Position numbers and translations under genes: made by a program. Shown piece after piece: positions 47,409-57,044 of a stretch of 64,000 nucleotides of DNA. The stretch is from Bacillota bacterium (GTDB lineage Bacteria; Bacillota; Limnochordia; DTU087; JAAYGB01). A model generated the notes under the pieces. It had not been told where the DNA came from. It made no database searches and saw nothing but the letters and a program-made list of their open reading frames with translations. Position 1 is the stretch's first letter, and each line of letters begins with the position of its first letter. The stretch spans positions 589-64,588 of the forward strand of contig JAAYGB010000053.1 of the NCBI GenBank assembly GCA_012727955.1, written 5' to 3'.

Positions 47409-48131
47409 TTATTTATCCCATGGGTCTTTCTCCATCCCCTTTGGCTCTACTCCATGCCGGATTCCATAGATAGCCGCTTGGGTGCGGTCATTGACGTCTA
47501 GTTTCCGAAAGATACTGCTGAGATGATTTTTGACCGTGTTCTCGCTAATATATAGGTCTTGGCTAATCTGCCGGTTGGTGCAACCGGCGACGATTCGCTC
47601 CAGGATTTCAAACTCCCGTTCCGTCAAGAGCCCCAACTTGCCCCCATCCATCACCGCGGTGTATTGCTCCCGGGTTTCCTTCACCCGTTGCGGGGCTTCA
47701 TAGCGCTGACTCAAATCCCGATAATCCTCTAGAACGGCGTCCAATTGTTTTCCAGACAAATAGGGCTCTCCCTGGGCTGCCTTCCGAATGGCGTCGGCGA
47801 CTTTACCGGGTTCGGAATCCTTGAGCAGGTAGCTCAAAGCACCGTTGCTCATTACCTCCCGCAGATACTCCTTGTCGTCGTGGATCGTCAAGACAATGAT
47901 TTTGGTCTCCGGCAATCGGTCAGCGAGCCAGCGTGTGGCCTCAATGCCATTCATTTTCGGCATGTTAATGTCCAGGACTAGGACGTCGGGACGCAGCTGC
48001 ATCGCTTTGCTCACTGCCTCCTGACCATCCCCTGCTTCACCTACCACCTCAATATCTGACTCTAGGCTGAGAATCTGCTTTAGTCCACTGCGCAGCAATG
48101 GATGATCATCTGCAATCAAGACTCGAATCAC
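47409..48131 (-). CDS. degU: response regulator DegU (NarL/LuxR family)
   Basis: REC domain ([14 protein letters not shown]...DINMP) plus a LuxR HTH. Paired with degS. Confidence 0.85.
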   Translation of the reverse strand: MIRVLIADDHPLLRSGLKQILSLESDIEVVGEAGDGQEAVSKAMQLRPDVLVLDINMPKMNGIEATRWLADRLPETKIIVLTIHDDKEYLREVMSNGALSYLLKDSEPGKVADAIRKAAQGEPYLSGKQLDAVLEDYRDLSQRYEAPQRVKETREQYTAVMDGGKLGLLTEREFEILERIVAGCTNRQISQDLYISENTVKNHLSSIFRKLDVNDRTQAAIYGIRHGVEPKGMEKDPWDK

Positions 48132-48164
48132 AGCTTACTACCACCCTTCCAGGGCCAACAACCA

Positions 48165-49364
48165 TTATCTAATAGGTCCCCTCCCCCCTTTGAGAGGGAG
48201 CCGGATGTTAATCGTCGTACCTAATCCCGGCGAACTGTCGATGATGATTGTTCCCGTTAACAACTCTACCCGCTCGATCATCGAGATCAGTCCGTAGTGG
48301 TCACCATTTTGCTGGTGAGCCCTTACCTTGGTCACATCGAATCCGATGCCATTGTCACTGACCCTGATCTTTAATTCATTTCCACTTATTTCCACCGATA
48401 CCTGCACCACGGTAGCCTTGGCATGTTTGCGCACATTGTTGAGGGCCTCTTGCACTAGGCGAAAAACGGAAATCTCCAGGGTTTGAGGCAACCGCCCCTT
48501 CAGTCCAGACAGGGTAATGTTAGCCTGAATACCGGGTTCACTGTCGTTGAATCGCTCGATATATCGTCGTAGGGCCGGACCTAACCCTAGATCGTCTAGG
48601 GCCATGGGCCTTAGATCAAAGATGATGCGCCGAACTTCCCGCAGAGATATCTTCACCGCCTGGCGCAATTCCTCTAACTCTGCCAGCACCTGAGAGATTT
48701 CATTGCGCTCCAATAGTTTCTGGCAGATTTCCGAACGCAGGACAATGTTAGCCATCAGTTGAGCTGGCCCATCGTGAATTTCCCGAGCGATGCGCATTCT
48801 CTCTGCCTCCTGGGCCTCGGTCACGTGGGCAGCAATCTCCACCCGCTTCCGTAGATCCGAGACCTGCAAACTGGCAGCATCTCCACCCCCGGTCAAAATC
48901 TCTGCAGCCAATCCCACCTGGCCTACGGTACGTTCTGCCCGGCGCAGCAAACTCGCCAGATTCTGCAGGTCCTGCTCCAGTTGCCCTTGCCGCTGCCCCA
49001 GCATCCTCCCGATTTTTCTGGCCTCTTCCAGGGAGGCCTGAAGTTGAAGGGCATCCTGATAAGTCTGGACGAGGGCCGACCCTTGATTCTTACCGGGGTG
49101 GTCCTTCACATCGGTCAATGCCTCTTGGGTCCGCTGCCACTTCTCCTCCAAGGCAGCCATGTACTCAGCGTGATCCGACACCTGCTCCCTAATCTCTTTC
49201 ACTTGCTGCTGCAATTGGTCATACTCGGTCCTGGCGTTTTCCGCCAGAGAAAAGACCTGTTCCCGAACCTCCTGCAAGGTGCGGAAGGCAGTCTCCAACA
49301 GTTGATCAAGGGTTTCCCCAAAGATGTCCTTAGCGGATATGGATGTCACTTTCCTTTGGCCCAC
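48165..49364 (-). CDS. degS: cytoplasmic sensor histidine kinase DegS (HisKA_3 family)
   Basis: No transmembrane segments. The H-box region EAQEAERMRIAREIHDGPAQ and an HATPase domain are collinear with Bacillus DegS. Confidence 0.85.
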   Translation of the reverse strand: MGQRKVTSISAKDIFGETLDQLLETAFRTLQEVREQVFSLAENARTEYDQLQQQVKEIREQVSDHAEYMAALEEKWQRTQEALTDVKDHPGKNQGSALVQTYQDALQLQASLEEARKIGRMLGQRQGQLEQDLQNLASLLRRAERTVGQVGLAAEILTGGGDAASLQVSDLRKRVEIAAHVTEAQEAERMRIAREIHDGPAQLMANIVLRSEICQKLLERNEISQVLAELEELRQAVKISLREVRRIIFDLRPMALDDLGLGPALRRYIERFNDSEPGIQANITLSGLKGRLPQTLEISVFRLVQEALNNVRKHAKATVVQVSVEISGNELKIRVSDNGIGFDVTKVRAHQQNGDHYGLISMIERVELLTGTIIIDSSPGLGTTINIRLPLKGGRGPIR

Positions 49365-49773
49365 CCCTTTTTTCTTTAGGTACCACCCGAGTCAGGAGCC
49401 ACAACCCTGTCTGCACAACTAAGGCTCCCACCAAGTCTGCAATCACATCGCTAACCGAGGCCACTCTCCCGGGAACCACCATTTGGTGCAGTTCATCACT
49501 AATACCATATAACAGTGTGCCCAGCACCGCCACTCCATGGGCAACCAACAAGCTAGCCCCACTGCTTCGCAGCGCCGAGTAGAGACAGAAACTGAGACCG
49601 CCAAAGGCAAGGGCGTGGAGCAAATAATCGGGAGCCGGGAGGTGGATCTCCGATCCCGGCTGCTCCGACAGATAGAAGATCAAACCCATATAGGCAGCGG
49701 TCAGGACCCACCATACCCAGGCTACCCTCCGCTGATAAATAGCTGCATGGATCCTGCTCAGCAAGGTTTTCAA
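49330..49773 (-). CDS. VanZ-family membrane protein
   Basis: 147 aa with 4 transmembrane segments and a VanZ-like pattern. Overlaps the degS start. Confidence 0.65.
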   Translation of the reverse strand: MKTLLSRIHAAIYQRRVAWVWWVLTAAYMGLIFYLSEQPGSEIHLPAPDYLLHALAFGGLSFCLYSALRSSGASLLVAHGVAVLGTLLYGISDELHQMVVPGRVASVSDVIADLVGALVVQTGLWLLTRVVPKEKRGGPKESDIHIR

Positions 49774-49783
49774 TTAGATTCAC

Positions 49784-50584
49784 CTAATCTACCAGGGCCC
49801 CTGCCGCCGTGGAACAGTCACAATCACGCTCTTGGGGCATGTTGGTAATCATCGCCATCAGCAACCGCTTCAACTTATCGTTGTTTTCACTAAAGACCTT
49901 AAGTACAGCTTCATGGGTGACGGGAGCAATGTCAGGATGCCCTTCCAACTCGGCATCGTAATCGGTAACCAAAGCTATATTCACGTAGCACAGACCTAGT
50001 TCTCGGGCCAGGATCCCCTCGGGGTACTGGGTCATATTAATTACGTCCCAACCATGACTGCTGTATTCCTTGCTCTCGGCCCGGGTGGAAAAACGGGGGC
50101 CTTGAATCACTACCACGGTGCCTTGGGGATGAACGGTAATTCCCAACTTCTGGGCTTCCTCCACTGCCAGTCGACGCAGCCGAGGACAGTAGGGTTCCGC
50201 CGCGGTCAGGTGGGTCACCACCGGCCCTTCGACAAAGGTATCTTCCCTTCCCCAGGTCCGGTTGACGAACTGATCGGTAACGACAAAATCTCCTGGCTTA
50301 ATCTCTGGTTTCAGACTACCAGCAGCACAGGGACCGATCACTTGGGTCGCACCAAGATGCTTCATCGCCCAAAGATTGGCCCGGTAATTGATTCTGTGGG
50401 GCGGTAACTGATGATCTTTGCCATGGCGAGGTAAGAAGCCTACCGCCCGTCCAGCAACGGTAGCCACGGCAATTTTGTCACTGGGGGCTCCATAGGGAGT
50501 ATCTACCCAATGTTCCTCAACATCATCCAAGAACTCATAGAATCCAGAACCACCAAAGACACCGATTTCGATTTTCGGTCGCAT
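49784..50584 (-). CDS. mtnP: S-methyl-5'-thioadenosine phosphorylase
   Basis: IGVFGGSGFY N-terminus and PNP family 2 motifs (GPRFSTRAE). Confidence 0.85.
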   Translation of the reverse strand: MRPKIEIGVFGGSGFYEFLDDVEEHWVDTPYGAPSDKIAVATVAGRAVGFLPRHGKDHQLPPHRINYRANLWAMKHLGATQVIGPCAAGSLKPEIKPGDFVVTDQFVNRTWGREDTFVEGPVVTHLTAAEPYCPRLRRLAVEEAQKLGITVHPQGTVVVIQGPRFSTRAESKEYSSHGWDVINMTQYPEGILARELGLCYVNIALVTDYDAELEGHPDIAPVTHEAVLKVFSENNDKLKRLLMAMITNMPQERDCDCSTAAGALVD

Positions 50585-50704
50585 TACCTGAGCCTCCTAA
50601 CAGGGCTTCTGAATTGAAATCCCTATGAATGAGAATCGATTTTAGCTTCGACCAAACAGCGAAAACCTCCTTCCCAGAGCAGGATAGGGAAAAAGCCTCG
50701 GAAT

Positions 50705-50740
50705 ACATTCCAAGGCTTTTCAGTCAATTGGGAAAGAGGG
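50705..50740 (-). terminator. rho-independent terminator after the FMN-binding gene
   Basis: The minus strand reads AAAGCCTTGGAATGTATTCCGAGGCTTT followed by TTTCCC. Confidence 0.55.
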
Positions 50741-50781
50741 GGGAAATACCCCTATAGTATTATTCTTGCCAGTTTGGCAAT

Positions 50782-51483
50782 TTACTTAATGAAGTTGTCG
50801 GGATTCATCCCGGCTTGCTGCAGAGCGTGCTTCACGGCAGCAGCGTAGGCTTCACAGCTGTGGGTAGCACCGGCAATAACGTCAACATTTAGCTTCTGTT
50901 CTGCCACGATTTTAGCTGGAATTTCCTTATAGGCTTGGACTGCCTGGGGCCATGGATAGCCAGTTGCCGGCTTATTGGCCTCCCGGGTCTCATTGGCACC
51001 GGTGTTCTGGGCAGGAACCAACTGAACATCGACGATGCGGTTGGCTTCCTTGTCAACGACAACCCTGGCCACGGTGTGACCGTGAGCATAGTTACGGCTT
51101 ACACCGTAGAAAACGTTACCGGTGTAACTGTCGGAAGCAATGGCCAAGGCCAGAGCGGTAGCTTTGTTGTAATCATTGACGCTACCGGTAGCACCGGTGA
51201 TCAGGTCCATGGCAGGGCCCTGCTTAGCGATAATTTCGCTGGGGAACTTCGCAAAGGCATCGACACCTAGCTGATAGCTATAGGTTCCCTCGGGCTTGAC
51301 CGGGTTTAGAATCTCAGCGCCGACGATGCGATCATTCTTAATCTTGATATCGACAATAATGTCGCCTCTGGCATTACCGATAAAACCAATAAAGGAACCA
51401 TCGCGATACTTCTCACCGGCGAAGGCAACGCTGGTAGCAGCCAGCAGCATGACTACCAAGGCGATAGAAATAACTTTCTTCAC
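50782..51483 (-). CDS. secreted protein with two FMN-binding (FMN_bind) domains
   Basis: Signal peptide MKKVISIALVVMLLAATSVAFA. Two copies of the FMN_bind signature (ITGATGSVNDY and IAGATHSCEAY). GTG start after an AGGAAGGGGAG RBS. Confidence 0.75.
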   Translation of the reverse strand: MKKVISIALVVMLLAATSVAFAGEKYRDGSFIGFIGNARGDIIVDIKIKNDRIVGAEILNPVKPEGTYSYQLGVDAFAKFPSEIIAKQGPAMDLITGATGSVNDYNKATALALAIASDSYTGNVFYGVSRNYAHGHTVARVVVDKEANRIVDVQLVPAQNTGANETREANKPATGYPWPQAVQAYKEIPAKIVAEQKLNVDVIAGATHSCEAYAAAVKHALQQAGMNPDNFIK

Positions 51484-52330
51484 TAGAAACTCCCCTTCCT
51501 GATGTAAAAAAGTTAGTAAGACACGATACTACCCGGCAGCATTCCACCCTCTTCCCATCCCTTGACGCCCAGTGATGAATACCCCCGACAGGAGTATTTA
51601 CTAGGGGTAGCAACAAACTTCACAAACTGAGGCGAAGTTTGCCTACCACAAACACCTAGTCTAAACATTTAGTTCAAACACACCTAGATAATACCACAGG
51701 ATCTACTAGGTGTACATAGTCATTTTGTTCCAAGGATAAATGGAGTAGGAGGGGGTGGCTAACCCCAGTCCTCTCACACCACCGCTCATGCAGATCTCGC
51801 AAGCGGCGGTTCGCCTTCAGTAAACCTAACTTATGTCTTGCACAGTCTATCCTCGGTCACTAAGCGTTCTTATCCTTCGTCCTCGGTTTCCAACCTACTT
51901 TCAGATAAGCAACCTCGCCCGAGCAACTGCCGCCATCGAGTCCTTTCCTCCGCTGGCTTTCACCAGTTTCTACGGTACTACGACTCGAACTGACTTCTGC
52001 ATGTTCAGCTCCACCTTTCATATGGAGGTTACTAAGAGGCGAATATATCATCATCGCCTTGCAAAGCGTCCATACTGACCTTCCCCGTTAAGGCGTATAG
52101 TCTTTCGCTCCACCTATCTGCCACATTTGCACAGCATACCTTCGGATAGTTATCGGCTTCAGTTTGTTTGGCAACCTTACCCGGCATGCTGATTTCTGTC
52201 CGTTAGACCAGAGCTTTGCCTACGACTTCATGCAGATTCCTCCTCGCGAAGGACACCCTTGCCTTCAGCTATACACTTACCACTATCAGAACGTGTTCGA
52301 GACTTTCACCCGTTAGACTATACCCATCCG
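51484..52330 (-). other. ORF-free, lower-GC, strand-skewed region: candidate large structured ncRNA or remnant DNA (unclassified)
   Basis: No ORF of 90 codons or more in any frame across ~850 nt. The plus strand is pyrimidine-rich, so a minus-strand transcript would be purine-rich. GC is visibly below the window average. Repeated CACCTAG/CTAGGTG motifs sit at the 51650-51715 end. Confidence 0.3.
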
Positions 52331-52335
52331 GGGCA

Positions 52336-52380
52336 AACCAAAAATACCGGCAACCTGTCTAAAGGCAGGTCGCCGGTATC
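52336..52380 (-). terminator. rho-independent terminator of the metNIQ operon
   Basis: ATACCGGCAACCTGTC-taaag-GCAGGTCGCCGGTAT hairpin, followed on the minus strand by ATTTTTGGTTTG. Confidence 0.65.
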
Positions 52381-52409
52381 CCTAAAAAGTTATCCCATGC
52401 TGTTTTGTT

Positions 52410-53201
52410 TTAAAAAGCGGGAACTACAGCGCCGTCATAGTTGTTGAGAATGAACTCGCGCACAGCATCGCTTTGCAGTACTTCAGCCAGAACCCGAATT
52501 CCCTCACGGTCATCGCCCTGACGGACGGCAATTACGTTCACGTAGGGAGATTGACTATCTTCGATGAAGAGAGCATCCTCTGTGGGAACCAAATTAGCCT
52601 CTAGGGCGAAGTTGGTGTTGATAATGGCCAAGGCCACATCATCCAGGGACCGAGGAAGCTGAGGAGCCTCCAGTTCGACAAACCGCAACCGCAGGGGATT
52701 GTCGACAATATCAAAGACGGTAGCGGTAATTCCAGCTGCCGGATCCAGCTTGATCAGCCCTTTACTCTGCAACAGCAGCAGGGCTCGCCCGCCGTTGACC
52801 GCGTCGTTGGGAATGGCAATGGTGCTTCCGGATTTTAGATCATCAATGCTCTGCAGCTGCTTGGTATAGGCGCCCATGGGCTCAATATGAATCTTGGCGT
52901 TGTAAGTAATATTCAATCGGTGGCTAGCAGCAAAATCCTCAAGATAGGGAATGTGTTGGAAGAAGTTAGCATCCAGATCCCCATCATTAAGGGCTAGGTT
53001 AGGCTGCACATAGTCGGTAAACTCCACGACCTCCAGCTCATAGCCCCGCTCAGCCATCGCAGGTTTGATGAACTCCAGGATCTCGGCATGGGGTACCGGA
53101 GTGGCTCCCACCCTAACCCTTTCTGCGGCTGAGACTGCACCAATGGCAACTACAAAGACTAATGCGACCAAACTGAGAACTGTCAACACTCTAGTTTTCA
53201 C
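52410..53201 (-). CDS. metQ: methionine ABC transporter substrate-binding lipoprotein
   Basis: Signal peptide plus the NlpA/MetQ family pattern. Completes the metN-metI-metQ order. Confidence 0.85.
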   Translation of the reverse strand: MKTRVLTVLSLVALVFVVAIGAVSAAERVRVGATPVPHAEILEFIKPAMAERGYELEVVEFTDYVQPNLALNDGDLDANFFQHIPYLEDFAASHRLNITYNAKIHIEPMGAYTKQLQSIDDLKSGSTIAIPNDAVNGGRALLLLQSKGLIKLDPAAGITATVFDIVDNPLRLRFVELEAPQLPRSLDDVALAIINTNFALEANLVPTEDALFIEDSQSPYVNVIAVRQGDDREGIRVLAEVLQSDAVREFILNNYDGAVVPAF

Positions 53202-53253
53202 TTTGTTGTCCTCCTTTGATTCTAAGATGCTGAAACTATCTAGGCAGTCACCT

Positions 53254-53910
53254 TCATTTGTGACTGAGCCGAGCTACGATGATATCCCCCACCATTTGCA
53301 GCAGCTGCACCAGTAACACCAACACCAGCACCGTCAAAAACATAATGTCCCCGCGAAAGCGCTGGTAGCCATAGCGAATTGCCAAGTCACCTAGGCCTCC
53401 ACCACCGACGGCACCGGCCATTGCCGAATAACCAATGAGGTTAATCGTTGTTAGAGTTACCCCTGCTGCCAGGGAAGGGCGGGCTTCCGGCAAGAGCACT
53501 TTGGTAATCACTTGCCAGGTAGAGGCTCCCATTGAAGCCGCTGCCTCCACTACTCCAGGGTCCACTTCATTGAGAGCGGTCTCAACCACCCGAGCAACAA
53601 AGGGAATTGCTGCCACAGTGAGGGGGACGGTGGCTGCCGCCGTGCCAATGGAGGTACCTACAACCATCCTAGTAAAGGGAATAATTGCCACTAACAGGAT
53701 AATGAAGGGGATGGATCTAGCAATATTCACTATCGCCGATAGCAATCGATTGAGCCAGGGATTCTCAGCGATTCCATCCTTGGCGGTAATCACCAAGATC
53801 ACTCCCAGGGGAATTCCGATTAACTCCGCCAAAGCCACGGATATTCCCACCATGTATACCGTTTCCTTGAGCGACTGAGTCAACATCTGCCAGACAATTG
53901 GACTAAGCAC
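53254..53910 (-). CDS. metI: methionine ABC transporter permease
   Basis: 218 aa with 5 transmembrane segments and the EAA-like permease motif region. Confidence 0.85.
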   Translation of the reverse strand: MLSPIVWQMLTQSLKETVYMVGISVALAELIGIPLGVILVITAKDGIAENPWLNRLLSAIVNIARSIPFIILLVAIIPFTRMVVGTSIGTAAATVPLTVAAIPFVARVVETALNEVDPGVVEAAASMGASTWQVITKVLLPEARPSLAAGVTLTTINLIGYSAMAGAVGGGGLGDLAIRYGYQRFRGDIMFLTVLVLVLLVQLLQMVGDIIVARLSHK

Positions 53911-54943
53911 CGTTGAGCACCTCCCATTCCAAACCCTGCTCCCGAAGTACTACCAGGGCCCGTTGTACGTCGTCGGCTTCGCCGGTAAGCTCCACCACCA
54001 AAGTGCCAAAGGGAGTTTCCCTGATGTGATCGATCTTACCAAAGAGGACGTTGGCGGTGACATTGCATTCTTTTACCAGGGTAGAAATCACCGGTTTGCC
54101 AGCGGAGGCGCCGATAAAGGAGATCTTGATTAAGATCCGCCCATCGCTGCCACCTTCCGAGGAGTTAACCCCCTTGGAGTTGATCAATTCTTCGGGGATT
54201 TTCAAGTCAATGACGCCGCGAATCAACCGCTTGGCAATCGCGGTCTTGGGAGCAGTAAATACGTCCAGCACCGACCCCAACTCCACGATTTGGCCGGATT
54301 CGATCACCGCGACCCGATCACAGATTTCTTTGATCACCTGCATCTCGTGGGTGATAATCACGATGGTCAAGTCCATCCGCCGATTGATATCCTGCAGCAA
54401 ATTCAGCACCGATTGGGTGGTCTCAGGATCTAAGGCAGAAGTGGCTTCGTCGCACAGCAGGACCTTGGGGTCGTTGGCTAAGGCTCTGGCAATGCCCACC
54501 CGCTGTTTCTGCCCGCCGCTTAACTCCGACGGATAAGCGTCGACCTTATCCGACAGCCCCACCAGCTCCAACAGCTCCAGGACCCGGGGACGGATTTCTG
54601 CCTTGGGCTTGCCGGCAATCTCCAAGGCAAAGGCCACATTGCCGTAGACCGTCCGGGAGCTAAGTAAATTAAAGTGCTGAAAGATCATCCCGATTTGCTT
54701 GCGGGCCTCCCGCAGCTCCTGCTTCGACAGGGCGGTCATATTAACACCATCGACGAAAACCTCACCCTGCTGGGGCCGCTCCAGTAAGTTCATACAACGG
54801 ACTAGGGTACTCTTGCCGGCCCCACTGAGACCGATAATCCCGAAGATCTCCCCTGCCCTAATTTCCAGGTCTACGTCCTGTAAGGCCGTCACCCGGTGCT
54901 TACCATCTGTAAAGACCTTAGTCAGGCCCTTAAGTTGAATCAA
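53903..54943 (-). CDS. metN: methionine ABC transporter ATP-binding protein (with C-terminal NIL domain)
   Basis: Walker A GLSGAGKST, LSGGQKQR signature, Walker B LLCDEATSALD. TTG start. Confidence 0.85.
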   Translation of the reverse strand: MIQLKGLTKVFTDGKHRVTALQDVDLEIRAGEIFGIIGLSGAGKSTLVRCMNLLERPQQGEVFVDGVNMTALSKQELREARKQIGMIFQHFNLLSSRTVYGNVAFALEIAGKPKAEIRPRVLELLELVGLSDKVDAYPSELSGGQKQRVGIARALANDPKVLLCDEATSALDPETTQSVLNLLQDINRRMDLTIVIITHEMQVIKEICDRVAVIESGQIVELGSVLDVFTAPKTAIAKRLIRGVIDLKIPEELINSKGVNSSEGGSDGRILIKISFIGASAGKPVISTLVKECNVTANVLFGKIDHIRETPFGTLVVELTGEADDVQRALVVLREQGLEWEVLNGA

Positions 54944-54956
54944 TTAGCTCCCCCCT

Positions 54957-54993
54957 ACAAAACAAAATCCCCTTCCCAGAAGACAGGAAGAGG
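54957..54993 (-). terminator. SAM-riboswitch expression-platform terminator
   Basis: The minus strand reads CCTCTTCCTGTCTTCTGGGAAGGGG followed by ATTTTGTTTTG, immediately before the metN start. Confidence 0.6.
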
Positions 54994-55032
54994 ATCAAGA
55001 ACGCACCACACAAAGCAGTACTATACCTTAAC

Positions 55033-55140
55033 CTCATCTCTCTGGGTAACCAGTCCTCCCAGCAGGAATTGGCACCTTGCGCTGCTTCAGCGCCGGTTGC
55101 CGGGTTTCATCGGGCCAGTCCCTCCACCTCTCTTGATGAG
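55033..55140 (-). ncRNA. SAM-I (S-box) riboswitch
   Basis: The minus strand reads CTCATCAAGAGAGGTGGAGGGACTGGCCCGATGAAACCCGGCAACC...GCAAGGTGCCAATTCCTGC...CAGAGAGATGAG, a near-consensus S-box with P1 closing CTCATC/GATGAG. Confidence 0.85.
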
Positions 55141-55241
55141 CTCTGCACTATATGTAGGCAGTGATTCCCAAATCAGGAATTTACCTTTGTAAGCACTAGT
55201 ATATACATATTCATAGGACCCGTCAACAGAAATTAATCGGA

Positions 55242-56858
55242 TTACGATGGAAGTTGACTATAGAAATTCTTAGCAAAATACTGGGGCAAATCCCCGGCGG
55301 CTATGGGGCGAGCAAAGAAATACCCCTGGCCGTAATCACATTTGTATTTCCGCAGCAGAGCCAATTGCTCCTTGGTCTCCACTCCTTCGGCCACCACTTT
55401 GAGTCCCAGTTTGTGGGCCAATTGGATAATCGTCTTGAGGATGTGGGCTTCTTCGCTGTCGCTGCTGACCCGGGAGATGAACTCCCGATCGATTTTCACG
55501 ATATCAATGGGCAGTCTCTGCAAGTAGGTCAAGGAGGAATAACCGGTCCCAAAATCATCGAGGGCGATACTAATCCCCATCTCCTTTAACTGCTGCAGAG
55601 CAACAATGGCGCTTTCAATGTTTTCGATGACGGTGGTTTCCGTCACTTCAATCTCTATGCCGCTATAATCCACGGGGTATTTCCGTATATTGTCTCGAAT
55701 ACAGCGCACCACGGCGGCTTCCGTTAAATTACTTCCCGACACATTGATGGCAATCTTGATGTCGTTATAACCCTGGGACTCCCACTGCTGTTTTTGAGCA
55801 AAGGCACTGGCGATGGCCCACTCTCCGATATTCCCGATGTAATTGGTTTCTTCGGCAAAGGGAATGAACTCCCCCGCGGGGATATTGCCCCTCACGGGAT
55901 GCTGCCACCGGGTGAGGGCTTCCACTCCCCGAACATAACCGGTTTTCAAGTCTATCTGGGGCTGATAATACAAAGTAAACTCCCCGTTGCGAAGGGCTAA
56001 ATTGAGCTGCTCCTGCATCACCAGATAGCGGATACTCTTGGCCCGCATCTCAGGATCAAAGACACTAAACCCATCTTTGCCATTGCCTTTGACATGGTGC
56101 ATGGCGGTACTGGCATTCTGAACCAGGGTTGGGTAATCCCTTCCGTGCAGGGGATAGATGGCCACTCCCATGCTCACCGTGAGAACAAAGCTCTCGTTAT
56201 TCAAGCGCCAAGTTCGCTGCAGTTCCCTGCGCAGGTGCTCCAATTCCGCCACCAGCTGCGGCCCATCCTCCATCCCCATCAAGACAACCGCAAACTCATC
56301 GGCCTCAAGTCTCGCCACTAGATGGGGAGCCCGGACTTCCCGAAGCAGGGTTTCCGCTAGCTGCCGCAGGAAAGTATCCCCAACGGTATGCCCCTTGGTA
56401 TCGTTGATGTGCTTAAAGTCATCGATGTCAATGACTACAAAGGCGAACCGGAGGTCCTCGCCGCCGGCAGAGATTGCTTCCCGCAATTGCTCCTTCAGCA
56501 TCGCTCGGTTAGGCAGTCCAGTAATGCTATCATAATAGGCTAATAAGTACATCTCGTCGGCCATTCGAGTTTGCTGAATCACCACGTCCCGATACAGTGA
56601 GATTCGTTTGTTAACGATAAAATAGAAAATCAGTGCGGTGGTAGCGACATAGAACCAGCCCTTATAGGATTGGGCCCATTTGATATGCTCCGCTTCGGTG
56701 AAGAAAAAAAGAACTAAATGATCGGAGATGAGAATCCAAAGTGAGCCGATGATCAGATACCAAAGAATGATCCTACGAGCTTCACTTCCAACATTTGCCG
56801 GCTGGGTTTTCCTCCCCGCCGGCTTTAAGACCCTGCCTGGAATCGGCAATTGCTCCAC
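55242..56858 (-). CDS. membrane-anchored degenerate-GGDEF + EAL protein (likely c-di-GMP phosphodiesterase)
   Basis: Two N-terminal transmembrane segments. The GGDEF-like domain has the signature replaced by EADEF (RLEADEFAVVL). Intact EAL domain (EALTRWQHP, DDFGTGYSS, EGVET). Confidence 0.8.
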   Translation of the reverse strand: MEQLPIPGRVLKPAGRKTQPANVGSEARRIILWYLIIGSLWILISDHLVLFFFTEAEHIKWAQSYKGWFYVATTALIFYFIVNKRISLYRDVVIQQTRMADEMYLLAYYDSITGLPNRAMLKEQLREAISAGGEDLRFAFVVIDIDDFKHINDTKGHTVGDTFLRQLAETLLREVRAPHLVARLEADEFAVVLMGMEDGPQLVAELEHLRRELQRTWRLNNESFVLTVSMGVAIYPLHGRDYPTLVQNASTAMHHVKGNGKDGFSVFDPEMRAKSIRYLVMQEQLNLALRNGEFTLYYQPQIDLKTGYVRGVEALTRWQHPVRGNIPAGEFIPFAEETNYIGNIGEWAIASAFAQKQQWESQGYNDIKIAINVSGSNLTEAAVVRCIRDNIRKYPVDYSGIEIEVTETTVIENIESAIVALQQLKEMGISIALDDFGTGYSSLTYLQRLPIDIVKIDREFISRVSSDSEEAHILKTIIQLAHKLGLKVVAEGVETKEQLALLRKYKCDYGQGYFFARPIAAGDLPQYFAKNFYSQLPS

Positions 56859-57044
56859 CCCCGGTCCCCGGTTTGGCTAGTCTGCCTAACAAAGAGAATA
56901 TCATATGTTTGTGAAGGTTTGAAGAATTCAAGTTAGCCCGATGCCTGAGTCGGGTATGTACCTAGCAGGAGACAAAACACCTGTAGAGAAAGTCCATACT
57001 ACCAGAGGGCACTGCTCCAATTTGGTCTAGAGGAGGAAACCCTG

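Noticed and set aside
51484-52330. RNase P RNA, tmRNA, SRP RNA, group II intron domain V, cobalamin/FMN riboswitch
   Set aside because: I looked for the hallmark consensus strings (GGAAAGTCCGGGCTCC, the tRNA-like GGTTCGA.TCC...CCACCA 3' end, CGTACGG domain V, the GCCACTG B12 box) on both strands and found none. The region remains unclassified.
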